NCBI GenBank assembly: GCA_011109175.1
Contig: RDEW01000005.1
Span: 310,001-374,000, forward strand
Direction: 5' to 3'
DNA from: Dicyema japonicum
Lineage: Eukaryota; Animalia; Dicyemida
DNA: 64,000 nt
The position numbers and the translations under genes are program-made. Below are positions 50,396 through 63,339 of this stretch, in pieces. Position 1 is the stretch's first letter. The number at the start of each line of letters is the position of its first letter. Under the pieces are notes generated by a model. That model saw nothing but the letters and a program-made list of their open reading frames with translations. It was not told the origin of the DNA and did not search any database.

Positions 50396-50751
50396 AGCAC
50401 AAACAGTCACAAATTTAGATATTTAAGGAAACCCAGAAAGCTTTGTAATTAAGAGGTGTGTAAGAAACTATTAATATAACTGTTTTGTACAAGATTATAA
50501 TGATTTTATTAAATCAAATAAAAAAAGGACAAAACATCAATAGCTGTTGTTGCTCTCAGAATTGCGAGCGATAATTGCTCAAACAGCCAGGGGCGTTCGC
50601 GGAGATCTCCAGTGCATGAAGGTGAGAGGGTAGTGCAGATTATAGCACAAACAGTCACAAATTTAGATATTTAAGGAAACCGAGAAAGGTTTGTAATTAA
50701 GTGGTATTTGTAAGAAACTATTAATATAACTGTTTTGTACAAGATTATAAT
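50396..50751. repeat. ~107-bp direct repeat (50396-50501 and 50644-50751) flanking a ~140-bp minus-strand CRE 3' stub
   Basis: AGCACAAACAGTCACAAATTTAG...GTACAAGATTATAAT occurs twice with few differences; the insert encodes WLFEQLSLAILR. Confidence 0.85.
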
Positions 50752-51292
50752 TGAAAGAGAAAAGTGAAATATTAAGTAGAATATTGTTGCGTTCACTTAA
50801 AGACCATGCTGAAAATGATGGAGAGCATCCATAAATTCTACCCCAATCGTATTTCCGAAATGTTGACGACTTCTTTATTTATTATTTCATTCGCCAACAG
50901 TGTAGACGAGTCAGGTTCATACGGATGTACCTTGGTAGAATAGATCTCTATTTAAAAAAAATAGAGTCCTCCAGTTTCCACAAACAGAATTTACGAATTC
51001 TTTTCAAGCATACGTTTATCTATATCCGCCATTGTGAGAATTCCTTCACTGGAATAGGGAAGAGATAAATCCCTTGGACAGGTGTATTTCATGGCGATTC
51101 TTAGGAATGGAAGAAGCCAAAGAACGGAAAGGAATCCTTCGATCAGGTAGGTAGTGGTGTGGGGAATAAACTACAGCCATTATGATTCAAAGGACAGCAA
51201 TGACAGGGATACCTGGTCTAATAGCCACTACAATACTTGCTATATATTTGATTTGTTGGTTTTAATTGGCAATAATTATGTACTCTTAATTC

Positions 51293-54137
51293 ATGAAATC
51301 AATGAGAAATCATATACCGACAAGATCGGTTTTACTAATGATTTTGTTTATTTTGCTTCACTTTTGTAATCCACATGCTATTTCCCTGGATGTAGGACAA
51401 AAATATATATTTGTGTATGATTATTCCGTGCTTTGTGAAAGTAGTGGTTGCCACAATATTTCTCAAAAACAAATTCAAGTTAAACTCTTCAATATTTCCA
51501 GGAATGACTTGAACAGTGCAATAAATATTTCTAAAAATGTGAACAGTCATTTAGCGGCAAATCAAAATTTGTTCATTCCTGTCTTCTTTTTTGGGCAACT
51601 AAAGGATTTCAGATTTGTCATTGCTACACTGAAGCTATCCCACAAAAACATTATGATTTCTCACATAATTGGAGATAGGACGATCTCATCAATAAATGTA
51701 GAATTCCCCAAAGACTAATTTTAGGACAGAACTCTAATGACCAATTATCCCCCATCAAGATATTCCCTGGGAGTCCAATTATTTATGAACAACCACCAGA
51801 TATTTCAAATATTTATTATTGTGAGTATCGAACTCTCTGCTGATGGATTCGTTTCATCAATTTTAGCCTATTGCAAACAAAAACGGATATATTCCCAATT
51901 AATAGTCATCGACAACCTTAAAAACATGATCAAAGAAAATAAAATAAATTTTGGAATCATCATTGATGTGATTAATCCTTTGGTGGTGTTTTATGTCAAT
52001 CGCGTTGACTTTCCAGTAATCCTTTGTTATCTTCGGAATAAATATCACAGAAATAACATAATTTATATTAACGGACTCGGAAATTTCACTCACACAGAAG
52101 TCTACTGTGCACAGAACGTGATTGTAGTCGAGAATTTACAGGCCAATACATTTTCAGACACAATTTTCACGGATATCGTGAATTCCGTTAACGGAACTGC
52201 TAATAGAAACAGGTAGACGCGGATAAATAAGATATAGTATTGGGAAGGCAGTTTCGGAGTACAAAAATAAAAACCAGTTAGTTTTGTTCATTCAGAGATT
52301 TGTTTTCTATAAACTTGAGTCCGTGTTGTATGGTTTTGTCAATATGAGCACAAATCCCCCAAAATTGAATCAAATGAAGAGTCTAAACCAAATCAATAGA
52401 TTTTCGTTACCTTTCCGCGTTGTTGTCCAAATCGACGAACCATTTGTGATGATAACTGACCTCAGATATGTTAAATTTTGTTATGCAGGAGTGGTTTGTC
52501 TCAAAATTCTACAAACTGACCCAATGTATATTAGCAAGGCTTTCTCAGATTATTCCACAGATCAGAAATTGGTGGGAACTGTTTATGAAGTTTACTGCTG
52601 TCATGGACTTATAATTCAGATTCTAATGGAACTTACAATAGGAAACCATCTAACGTTGATATTCTGATGATTTTAGAAATTTGGAGGTTTATATTCTCGC
52701 GGATCAAAATTACGGAGTTTTTAAAGACGGAAAATGGAACGGATTGGTAGGCGAATTGGTTGAATACCGAGCAGATCTGGCTGCGGCTACCTTAACGATT
52801 TCTAGTGAGAGATTGGAGGTAAAACAATCATTTTCAGTTAAAAGTACATCAATTTTGTCTCCATTGGAATAAAAACTATTAATTCTCTCATCTCTGTTAA
52901 AAAGAACTTGGCTCCTCAAATTGGAATAATATTTAGTCCTCTAAAGGTGGACGTTTGGATACTCGTAGTGTCCTTCATATTTATGCTAATATTCATTACA
53001 GCAACGTACGAATGGCTGAGTCCATATGGAAGGAATAGTTCAGGCAAAAAAGAACAGGTTTATGCTATTGGTAGTTCAATGTTTGTAATTTAAAGGATCT
53101 GCCTTCACTACTGTTATTTCAGTGTTGACAATGAATTCCCTGCAAGCTAAAAGTCCAAAGTCGGTCTCTGCAAGGATGTCTGCAATCATTTTGGGCCTTT
53201 TCTGCGTTTATTCTGGTGGCCTACTACACGGCATTTCTCGCAGCTATTATGTCATCGGAAGAGTCGACAGATGTTGATATTGTAAAAATACTGGTAAAGA
53301 TCTATGATTACACAGAACAACCCAAATTATAAAATCGGAATACAAGCGGGGAGTCTTCAACTCTCGACAATCATAATGAACAACTACAGCTCTAATAATC
53401 TCATATTTTATCACAACACCAAGGAGGCATTTTCATTTCTAAGGTTTTGAAGATCTAATATTAGAAATGGAGAAATTGATTATATTTTTGATGAAGAAAT
53501 CTATACTCGAATACCCAGTATAAACTCCTTCTGTGATCTTGTTTTAAATGGCCAGTTTGGAAAATCAACATTTGGATTTGGAATTCCAAAACATTCAGTT
53601 TATCAAGTTAACTTTACTCAACATATTCAAGGAAAGCATGCAGGAAGTGATCACGAGGTTAAAGGAATCGAACAGTCTTTCTACACTTTTTGGTAAATAT
53701 TTTGTGGACGAACACTGTGTTACGGACATTGAAACGAAAGTGGACAAGATAACCCCGAGTCACCACATTGGAAGCTATATTTTACTGGCTGTAGCTATTT
53801 TGGTGTCTTCGGTGATTTGCCTCGCCGAGATTTTCATGCACAAATACCTCATTGTGGTGTTTAGAAGTTTACCCCCAAATAGTATTTGGAAGAGCTCCAG
53901 AATATACTTTACTAGTCAGGTGTATATTTTAACTTAAATAAGAAAATTTATCAGCTTGTGGTGTCTAGTTTTGATTCTTCTGTGTACTATAAAAATCAGG
54001 CGGGTTACTTCCGAATTATCGGAAAAGTTCTTGAGTTTAAAAGAAGAATAAGCCAAGTCTAAAAATATTTTCATTTTTAGAGAGTTTCCTTAAGAAAAAT
54101 GAGGGAAGCCTCGATCACGGAAGCTCAAGAAAATTAA
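51293..54137 (+). CDS. GRIN: Ionotropic glutamate receptor, NMDA-type (GluN2/GluN3-like) subunit, many micro-introns and indels
   Basis: EPFV..CCHG, DQNYG..KWNGLVGELV..ADLAAATLTISSERLEV, YEWLSPYG, SVLTMNSL..PKS..AYYTAFLAAIM, FGFGIPK..FGKYF..C; signal-peptide-like N-terminus; exact exon boundaries uncertain. Confidence 0.85.
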
Positions 54138-54849
54138 ATTATTAACAATTTAATAAATTTTACTGATTTTCATTTTAACAAATAGTTTTTGTGTTTAAAA
54201 CTAATTTATAGCACTATTAAAGTGACTAATGTATTCCAAACCTAACTGACAGAATGCAACAACGAAGTGAAGTATGCCACATTGAGATTCGCACTGTCAA
54301 AGCCAATACCGATTAGTTCACTATAGAGGTCAACTCTTGTATGACGGCAGTGCATGTTTATGGATCAATCCTCTACTCATGGAAGATACGACTCTCAAAT
54401 AAGGAGTTTGATTCCTCCGTTTCAGTGAAGAAGGCAGAAGCCAGCATCTCCTATCTCTTTCCCGAGCAAAGAATATAATAATGCCCTTTATAACTAACTT
54501 AAAACCCCGGGACTAAATAAATCAATGCCGATCAAAGATAAACTTGACAGGCGCTGATTTGACATCGAAGACCTCAAATATGTTTATATCTGTTTTAACC
54601 TTGAAAAATAACGTTCACAACTACAAATTGAGTAGTCAAAGTTTTCAGCGTTGCCAATAGAAAACGGAGATCGTTAGCAGTCGATCTTCTCTATGAAGAA
54701 AAAACAAAAAACAAGTGAGTATAGCTTAATAACGTGAACTATATGGCTTATGTCTGCTACAGCGTCCTGCCTCGAGCGGATGCCCCTATGGATCCCTTTA
54801 GGCTTTACCTTTACAGATTCATCCAACTATTCTGGGAGTTGCTATCCAC

Positions 54850-55420
54850 TCTTTGATGACATTTTTTCAACAGATAAAGAATGTTGTGTCAAAGGGTCTC
54901 AGAAAACTGAATATAATGAAATCGTTCTTAAAGTCCAGACAGTCACGGGAATACGCTGTCGTCTTGTACAATCAACTTTTAATACCGACGGTTGAGTATG
55001 CTTGTGCCTCATGGGCTTATAGAGTTTCAACATCATTTTTGTGCAAGATCAATTCTTTAACAGCCAAATTGGTACGTCTAACAAATCTACCTGCCGATCT
55101 TTCCCCACAATGCTTGACCACGCCTCAATCGGAAAACAACGACTCCGGTTTCATCGGTCTGTGTGGTCACGAAACAAGTTGTTTCCTCCATTCAAGACTA
55201 AAAGCCTCAAATACAAGTAAATTGGGATAAAACCAATCCCTCTTCAAATTTTAATGAAAGGTGATCGTTGTCGATACAGGAAACTGGTGGGTACTCTGGA
55301 GGAACATAGAAAAACCTCTCGATCCTTTTGAGGTGTACCGGGATCACTTAATTAGTTGGTTTACTCCTTCTTTATTGGTGTTCCCTTTTCGGGGTTATTA
55401 AATAAATAACCAGGAAATCG
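54850..55420 (+). mobile_element. 5'-truncated Vingi-like LINE 3' portion
   Basis: LNIMKS..LYNQLLIPTVEYACASW; ends TACCGGGATCACTTAATTAG. Confidence 0.7.
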
Positions 55421-55479
55421 TTTAGTTTCCTAAAGAAACTGGGACGAATAACTACAGTAAAAAGCCACGACGCACGTGA

Positions 55480-56080
55480 GACTCGGTGGATTCTCCCTTT
55501 GATATCTGTTGCAATCGTGAGAGGCAATCCATGCCGTTGTGGATCTGTTGTGGACTGCAAAGGACTTCACCCGCTCTCTTGCCGTCTCAGCAGAGGCCGG
55601 TTCCCGAGACATGCTGCCATCAACGGGTTGTAAACCGTTCTCTTGAGGCGGCTGGATTCTCGTCATCTCTAGAACCGGTGAGCCTAAATCGTGGAGATGG
55701 AAAGCGCCCAGAGGGAGTAACTGTCTTCCTTTCAGGGGGAATGCTTGATTTGGGATAGGGCCTGTACTAACAGCTTTTCTTAGTCGACACTTGTTGGTTA
55801 CGAGATAATAGCTAAGAAAGCTGCTCGGGCTTTCGAGAATTTCAAGATAAAAAAATACTAGTTTCCATCAGATTCTATGTACAGTCGTCGAAATGAGCAG
55901 AGTCTTCCGGCTCAAGACGTTCTTTTTTCTAAGATTACCTTGTTCAATGATATCTAAGGTAAGTTGACCGTCGGAAACGGAGTGACTGTTCCAAAGGATT
56001 TCTCTACAGTTGTCAAGAAAAACAGCAATTCATCCAATCAGCTGGATTATTTTGATTGTCAATATTACGTAATAAATTGT
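55480..56080 (+). mobile_element. CRE RLE / native 3' end fragment
   Basis: RSLEAAGFSSSLEPVSLNRGDGKRPEGVT..RRETE*LFQRISL. Confidence 0.8.
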
Positions 56081-56609
56081 TTTTGATAATTAATTAAATT
56101 TTGAGGAGAAAATTATTTCTGACAATTTTGTTTTATATTTTTGATCTAAACATATTAAAATAGAATTATTATTAACCCAAGAACACCAATAGTTAATTTA
56201 ATTACTGAATTAATTAAGTAATCTCGAAGGCCTCAATTAGAATTCTCATTTTCTCCTCGTGCACCTTCTGAAATCCAACACAACTTCTCTGTGGTTTCGG
56301 GAATAGGAATTGGAGAGGGGTGATGCATACCCTTCTCATAGGACACATTGTGACTGTGTATTGTTGAGAGTTGCATTACTTGCACAGGGTAGCAAATCCC
56401 TTTCCATTTTTCTGATAAGGTCTTCAAGTGATGAGTGTATAGTTTCCCTATATTACTAATAGTAGTGGCTGTTAAGGCCTGAATGTCCCGGATTCTTTGT
56501 TTGTTCGTCCAGGAGAGATTGATTCCCCATGACGTACAGGCATAGCAGAGTACAACAATTGTATATTATAGGCACGTACGCAATGCCAAGATCATGACAA
56601 AGCATGTGC

Positions 56610-59545
56610 AACACGAAAAGTTAACAATCTAATTAACGTCCCCATCTTTTTCGATCCGTTGCCATGTTCCGTAGCATATCTATATCGTCCCCATCTTTAA
56701 GGCACTTTCCAATCCAACTGAGATCTTCATCTAGAACAACCGGCAGTGTTGTCCTCGCCCGGCCGCGGAAACGAGAAGCTTCTAAGACAAAATACTCCTC
56801 CATTGATATGTTGACAGGGGTCCCCATATCGTGGCGTAGTATGTGTCCAAAGAGCCTTCATCTTGAATCAGTACTATCACATGATATTGGCTCAGTTCCT
56901 GTTCTCTTGTATAAGACTTCGGATGGCATTTTGAAAAAGCTTCGGGAAGAAAGGAGTGCTCGGAGATGATTTCTGTGAAAAGAATTCAACTATTCGAGTT
57001 CCTGCCCTGTACATTCCCATGTACTGGACTTATATAATAGGATTGGCCTCACTAGGGCATTGTAAAGTCTCATTCGAGTTTTAGGGTCAAGCCCTTTTTG
57101 CAGAAGCCAGGTTTTCTTCATTTTGTTGAAAGCGACATTAGTTAGTGTCTTCCTTTGTGTTATATCTTCGGTGTCACAGAGAAGGGATCCTAGTTTTTTG
57201 ATATACGCCAGTGCTCGTCGGTCCTTTCCTCACTTCTTTTTATCTCCGTGATTTCGGTTTTGTTTGTGTTTACTTTTAATGACCACTCTGCCATTTTATC
57301 AGGCATTTTCTCCAAAAGTGCAATTAACTCTTCTTTGTTATTCGAAATAAAGTCCACTTCGTCCGCATATGCTCGTTCCTTCTCTGATATGAGGCTTCAA
57401 GTCTCGTAGAGCTGCCTCCAGATAAATAATAAACAAAATCGAGGATAATGGATCTCCTTGAGGGGTACCAATTGTCGTTTCAAATGTCCTCGATAAAGCT
57501 TTCCCAGTCCTGACCATCAAACTCGTGTCTGTCAAGAGTGTCTGACCATCCTAATCGTTGAGCCTCCAAGAAGTGCTCCAGAATTTGCAGCAGTTTGTTC
57601 CTGTTGACGGAATCAAACGCCTTTGACATATCAATCCCCAGAATGGTTTTCGTTATTTTAAATTTTTGAACAGTCGCACATCTCTATTTGTGGCACCATA
57701 TAACATCTGACGTTAATCTTCCTTTGCGGAAGCCACTTTGATAAGCCGACAAGTACTATTCTAGGCGTCCCTCCATTCTTTGAAGCGTAATATTGTCTAA
57801 TATCTTCCGCAATGTGTTGGTTAAGATCACTGGTCTTAGGTTCCCAACTTTCCCCGCTTTTTTGTTTGGCTTCTGTACTGGTATCGATATTCCTTTTCCA
57901 AGTAACAAGGTGGCTCCTTTACTGTACGTTTCGTTTTAAATTCAGGCAATTATCTTGTATAGTTTTTGCGTTCCATATTTGAAAATTTCATCATTTAAGC
58001 GATCTGGGCCGGGACTCTTATTGTCCTTTAGTTTGAAACTTGCTGTCATCACTTCTTCCAAAATTATTTTTTCCTCTAATTTTTCCTGATCTTTGTTAAT
58101 TGTGAGTTTTTTGCAATTTTTGATACGAATTGTGCTTCAAAATAGTCCGCTATAAGTTCTGCAACTTCTTGTTGGTTAGCAATATGTTTTTCTTCTTCAT
58201 CTCGTAAAGTCAGTGTTTTCCTTGGTAGTTTTCTGATTTGGCCGACAGCTTCATAAAACTTCGCATTGTCTTTAAGGCCTTCAATTTTCTCTATTTTTGT
58301 TATTGTTTCGTTCTTTAATATCCGACGTGCAGCTTTTCTTATTTTCTTTTTGATGACTGTTCTTTCCTTTTGTAGCCGCTGTTTCGTATTTTTGTCATCT
58401 GTATTTAGACATTGTATCCATATCGCCTTTTGTTGATTAGCAAAGAGTTTCAAAGCGGTTATTTCTTCAGTGGTGTATTAGTTACGTAGTCCTCTTTTAG
58501 ATATATATCCGCAGCAATCATGATCTTCTGTTTGACCAAGGTCCACGCAATTTGCGGTGCCAAATCTACTGATATTTCTTCCAATCCCTCATCCAGGTAT
58601 TTTCTGAATTCCTCTCCCTGGATAGTATTGTTCTTTAGATGGTCTAAAACGTATCCCTTCCCCCGCAGTTCCGTGTGTCCATTGCACTTTCTTTTCATCC
58701 CTTGCAAACCCATAAGTTTCTTTAAGGACATTTTGGCAATAACCATCTTGTGATCGCTGTCAATTATAGACCCTCCATAAGCACGGGCATCAGTGACAAT
58801 ACTGCGGTCTTTTTGTCTGCAAATAATGTAGTCTATTTGATTGTAGATTTTCGCAATGCTTCCGTCAGACTTCGTTCTATTGCCTGACCAAGTTGTCCTG
58901 TGTCTTGCCGAGTGCATAAAGGCCGTGTTACAAAGGAATAGGTTATTTGCTTGACAAAAGCTGGCTAACAAAGTTCCTGCAATGTTCCTTTTTCCCCTTA
59001 CATGTCTTCCAATGAATGATTCTTCTATAGTGATTCGATTTCCAACTTTTGCATTAAGATCATCGGCAATCAATATTAATGTGGAATTTTCATAATTGGA
59101 ATAAACATTAGACAGATTCGCATAAAAGTCGTCAATTTCCTCGGGTTTCTTATTGATCCATCTACTATGTGGAACATATGCGTTAATAATAGTAAGATAA
59201 CTCTTCGGAGAGTCATGATTGTCCAATGTTATTTGTAAAATCCCAATCCTTTCATTGATTGTCCAATAACGGTATATGCGCGGAGTAGGTCCTTTCTTAC
59301 AGCAAATCCGAGTCCGTAATGTTATGATCCCCCAGAGAGAACGATTAACTGAAACTTTCCATGTTGTTCTTCAAACTCTTTCGATATTTTTGTCTCTTGG
59401 AAACATCCGACTGATATCTTGTATTTTGAAAGGTCTTCACAAAGTTCTTTTCTTTTCCATGCACTAGAGAGTCCTCTGACATTGAACGTTAAAAGAGAGA
59501 AGTCATTTAGGTTGCAATTTTCGTGTTTTTCAGACATACTTTTCC
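56610..59545 (-). mobile_element. Near full-length RTE-clade LINE (APE-RT), frameshifted
   Basis: LTFNVRGL..QETK, INAYVPH, DLNAKVG, IDYII, SDHKMV, GPDRL, QSGFRKG, IDMSKAFDSV, GTPQGDPLS, YADE, LFGHILR, RGRARTTLP. Confidence 0.9.
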
Positions 59546-59686
59546 AAGATTGAATAAAAAATAAATATAATTTAACAAATTTTTATTTTTATAAATATTT
59601 ATTTAAGTGGTTAACCGAATTTTAAATTAAATATATCTTGTCGAAATTTCATTTGCTGTATGGACCTTGCGACATTTTATTATATA

Positions 59687-60314
59687 ATGCAGCCATTAGA
59701 CAAAGTACAACCTGGGGGTTACATGTGGGATTTCTTACTCCAAGAATACCTCCCTCACATTCAGACCAATACACTTGTTACATATGGTTGGACCAGCATT
59801 AGCGCTTTAAATTATTTTATATTTGATAATATTTAGTTATCTCGTTCTCAGAGATCCCTACAAATGCCAGAACAACCACATGTATTGCAATAGCTGCCTC
59901 TATAAATGGATAATATCTGCTAACCGTCAAAGTCTGAACTGCCCTCTATGCAGGGTAATCGGACCGTTTGACATGGCTTCCGAAGTCAAAACAGAGCTAG
60001 ATGCCCTTTATGTTCAATGCTCCAAAGACTCATGCTGCTGGAATGGGAAGTTGTCTGAGTACTATAAGCACGTGCATGGTCAGGAGGAGATGAGAAAACG
60101 ATGTGTTCCAGATTTGTTGAAGACCTATTACCAGGAGGAATACAAGAAGTCGAGGAGGATAATAAATTCAAATGAGTACAGGAACATATTCAATGTGAAT
60201 GCTGTAGATAGAACAACCCAGACGCGTGATTCCCTTATCTCAATGTTAGTGGTTCGTTATGTTACCGAAGGTTTTCCGACTTTTCATAATAGAACAACGG
60301 ATTCACATTTTTAA
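59687..60314 (+). CDS. RING-HC finger protein (RNF41/RNF151/TRAF-like E3 ligase)
   Basis: GGY..QYTCYIC|YLVLRDPYKCQNNHMYCNSCLYKW..CPLCR, then C..C..G.L..H; 50-nt intron near 59787-59836; one indel in exon 1. Confidence 0.75.
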
Positions 60315-61339
60315 AAAATAATTTTTGTTTTTTTTTCATTATATCTATAAAATGTTATTTTTACATTATTCTGCGGAAATGACTGATAAAAAAGTTAATA
60401 AATAAATGGTTGTTGTCTCATTGTACAGCCGGGTGTTCACTTTCCGTCAACAATTCATGCTCACTTCAATTGCTATGGAATCGGTGGCTTCCGTGAAGAC
60501 CAACTATCTTACTCATAGATCTGAATAAAGATTTCTCAAGATTGTGCCTGAGGAGGATCTAGATACAGTAAGGACCAAGGCGAGTAATAGAAAACGCTGA
60601 ATGTGAATAACACAACGGTTAGCAAACGAATGTGGCACAAGAGTAATTGGTCGAAGGATTTCCTTCTCTTTTTGCATTTTCCAATTCTTAGAGACATAAT
60701 GGGATACGCCTAACTTGGAAGACTACCAATTCCTGATCATCATACAAAAGGATCGTTCATATTTCAGTGGAGGGGTTCCCATGATGACGAATACTCGGAA
60801 AGGATGCGTTTCATTCAGACCGTGGAGACTGGATATATCTTAATAGAAACGGCAGTGGTTAATTGGTGGGAGGTTGAGCTATCGACGTAACTCTGAAGCA
60901 CTATGGAATGGTTCTACTACAGTAAATATCTTTACCTCCCCAATATACAACCTCTCTGTGCGTCCAGACCTTCCATCAGTAGAACATACTTTACGCTATG
61001 GGGAAGAGCATTCGGTGGAAGACCAAGAACTACACTACCATCTATTTTGAACCAGAGAGTAATTGTGTTTTTCGACATATTGATTCAATTTTTGAAGTTC
61101 TGTCTCCCCCTCTTAGATAAGGTATAATTATCCACGTTTCTATAAATCCAACAACAATCTTGTAACTGTTGAATAACTCACTCCATGCACGGTTGAGATT
61201 TCTTTGGGGTTATTCCATCTAAGGTGTTCTTTGCAATAGAAAATCAGTCAGCTTGATTTCTTTCGAAATACTAATAAATAAATGGAATAATGTTTCATAC
61301 CATTACTAATAATGCTGATTAATAATGCTAATGACTTTC

Positions 61340-61670
61340 TATATTAGAGAAATCCCAAAATATGGATTAATGCCTTTTATAGCATTTCGCTACTAGTGGT
61401 GAGCTCTTCGATCTCAGCTTTTCGGACGATGCACTTTCGATCACTCTGATTAAATGAGACTCTATTAGAACACATTAGGATCAAATTTAATTTACTGAAA
61501 CAGAAAAAGAACGTCATAGCCAGAATGAAAAAATTCAGGTGATCCTGGCCACACTCAGCAGTCTTCACATGCTCGGATTTGAAGGAAGTGCCCTCCAGGG
61601 AAAACTCCTCTGGATGGTTGTTGACTAATGGTCCTTTTTGGATATAATTTAGGATTAAATCTGGCTCCAC
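61340..61670 (-). repeat. Second copy of the ~300-bp repeat, containing a Vingi-type GGATCACCTGA end
   Basis: Homologous to 44860-45180. Confidence 0.75.
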
Positions 61671-61899
61671 AAGAGATGATGAACCACCATGACGCACGCT
61701 AACAATTAAAGCTCTTTGGAGACAAAAGAGAAGTGGTGGAACAGAAGAAAATACAAAAATTCTTCAATTCAAGTAGCCACATAACACCACACTAACGTTG
61801 TCGCCACATGGCATCAAGGATTAGTTAGTTTTATTATTATTAGCAGTTTCACGAGAGCCATAATATTTATAGTCCCGTATGGGCAGCAAAAAAATATAA

Positions 61900-62130
61900 G
61901 AGAAAGAGATAGCTTGTTCCAGGTTTTCTGTTCTTAATCAGATCCCTCAGTGTGTCGGGTCCAACCTCAGGACATGTCCAAAGAGTCTCCAACGAGAGCT
62001 TATGATCTCAAGACTTATTGGTGTACAGCCACACATATTGTACAGTCTTTTCTTGGAGATCTTGGATGGGCAGGACATTCCAGTTATGTTTCTTAGATGA
62101 TTCCTGTAAAACGAATATGGCATCTCCAAT
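61900..62130 (-). mobile_element. RTE C-terminal fragment
   Basis: RNHLRNITG..ISKKRLY..RWRLFGHVLRL. Confidence 0.7.
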
Positions 62131-62199
62131 TCCTTTTTCGAGGTGGCCCAGGTCCCAGAGTTGTTGATTTTTTAAATAAATTTATTAAGACATTAAGAA

Positions 62200-63300
62200 A
62201 ATCAGCCGAAGCGCTTCTAAACATCCACTTTGACGTGGAATGCAAGCTTCCTACACCTACGTGTCTCAAGTCGGCGCTGGAGATCGGCTTTTCAGCATAT
62301 CTGTCATTGCTCTCAAGTGGAATTCTTTTGGTTTAAGATATCCTACGTTTTCTAACCGGACTTTCTTGGGACAGTTTTCGACGAAGCTCGTCGCGAATGG
62401 CGTGAAACTGGTTTGGATATGCCGAACGATCCTTCGAGGCAACGCGACTGGGATGAAATCTCCTCCAAGAATATCTTCGACGTGCTAAAGTCTGAGGCCA
62501 ATCAGCATCGTCTTGCATGCCTCGTGTCCGCCGCCAACCATGGGAGTGAGCATTGCTGGATGTACGTATTCCTGTGTTCCTCTCTGGGGACCCTTTTGGA
62601 CGAAGACTGCATTCGGATTGGGATCGTACAGCACCAATTTCGTTGTGGAGGGATTGTCGATGCCAAAGGGCTGCATCCGCTTTCGTGCAAAAGGAGTGCG
62701 GGCAGAGCACCCCGCCACGCTGCTATGAACAACATTGTCATGCTTGCTCTTGAAGTTCAGACTTCCCCGCATTGCTGGAGCCCACGGTATTAGACTGCGG
62801 AGACGGGAAAAGGTCGGATGGGTTAACAATCTTTTTGTTCTCTGAGGGAAAATCGTTAGTATGGGACTGGATTGTTTAAATTCTCTTTCTAACCCAATGA
62901 TGCTCACTTTAGCGCATTCTGCTGAATCGGCAACCGATCTTGCTGAGTAAATCAAGATAAAAAATTATGATGGAATTGGAGACCGTTTTCTTTTTGTAGC
63001 GATGGCAATCGATACGTCTGGTACTATCACAGCTTTTGTCCTGAAGGAAATCGGGGGGGGATTGGCCCATCGTAAGAAAAAAGTGCAGAAAGCGGTCTGC
63101 AGAGGCAACGAATTGCAGTTGTCCGCGGAAACGCTTACTCCATAATGTCAGCAGCTGCAATTTCCAAAAACTACCCTAACTGCATTTTTCTCATTTTGTT
63201 TTAATATAATAAAATGCAAATCGTCACGGGAAATGCGTTCTCAATTATGAGAGCAGTCAGCAGTTGTTAACTTATTTTTTGCATTAAAAATATAATAAAA
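62200..63300 (+). mobile_element. CRE post-RT/RLE 3' fragment followed in tandem by a second CRE terminal stub
   Basis: QHRLACL..GLHPLSCKRSAGRAPRHAAMN..QRIAVVRGNAYS; second GNAFSIMRA stub at ~63215-63270. Confidence 0.8.
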
Positions 63301-63339
63301 TTGAAAATTTAATTATTTTGCTGTGGTATTATGGAGAAG

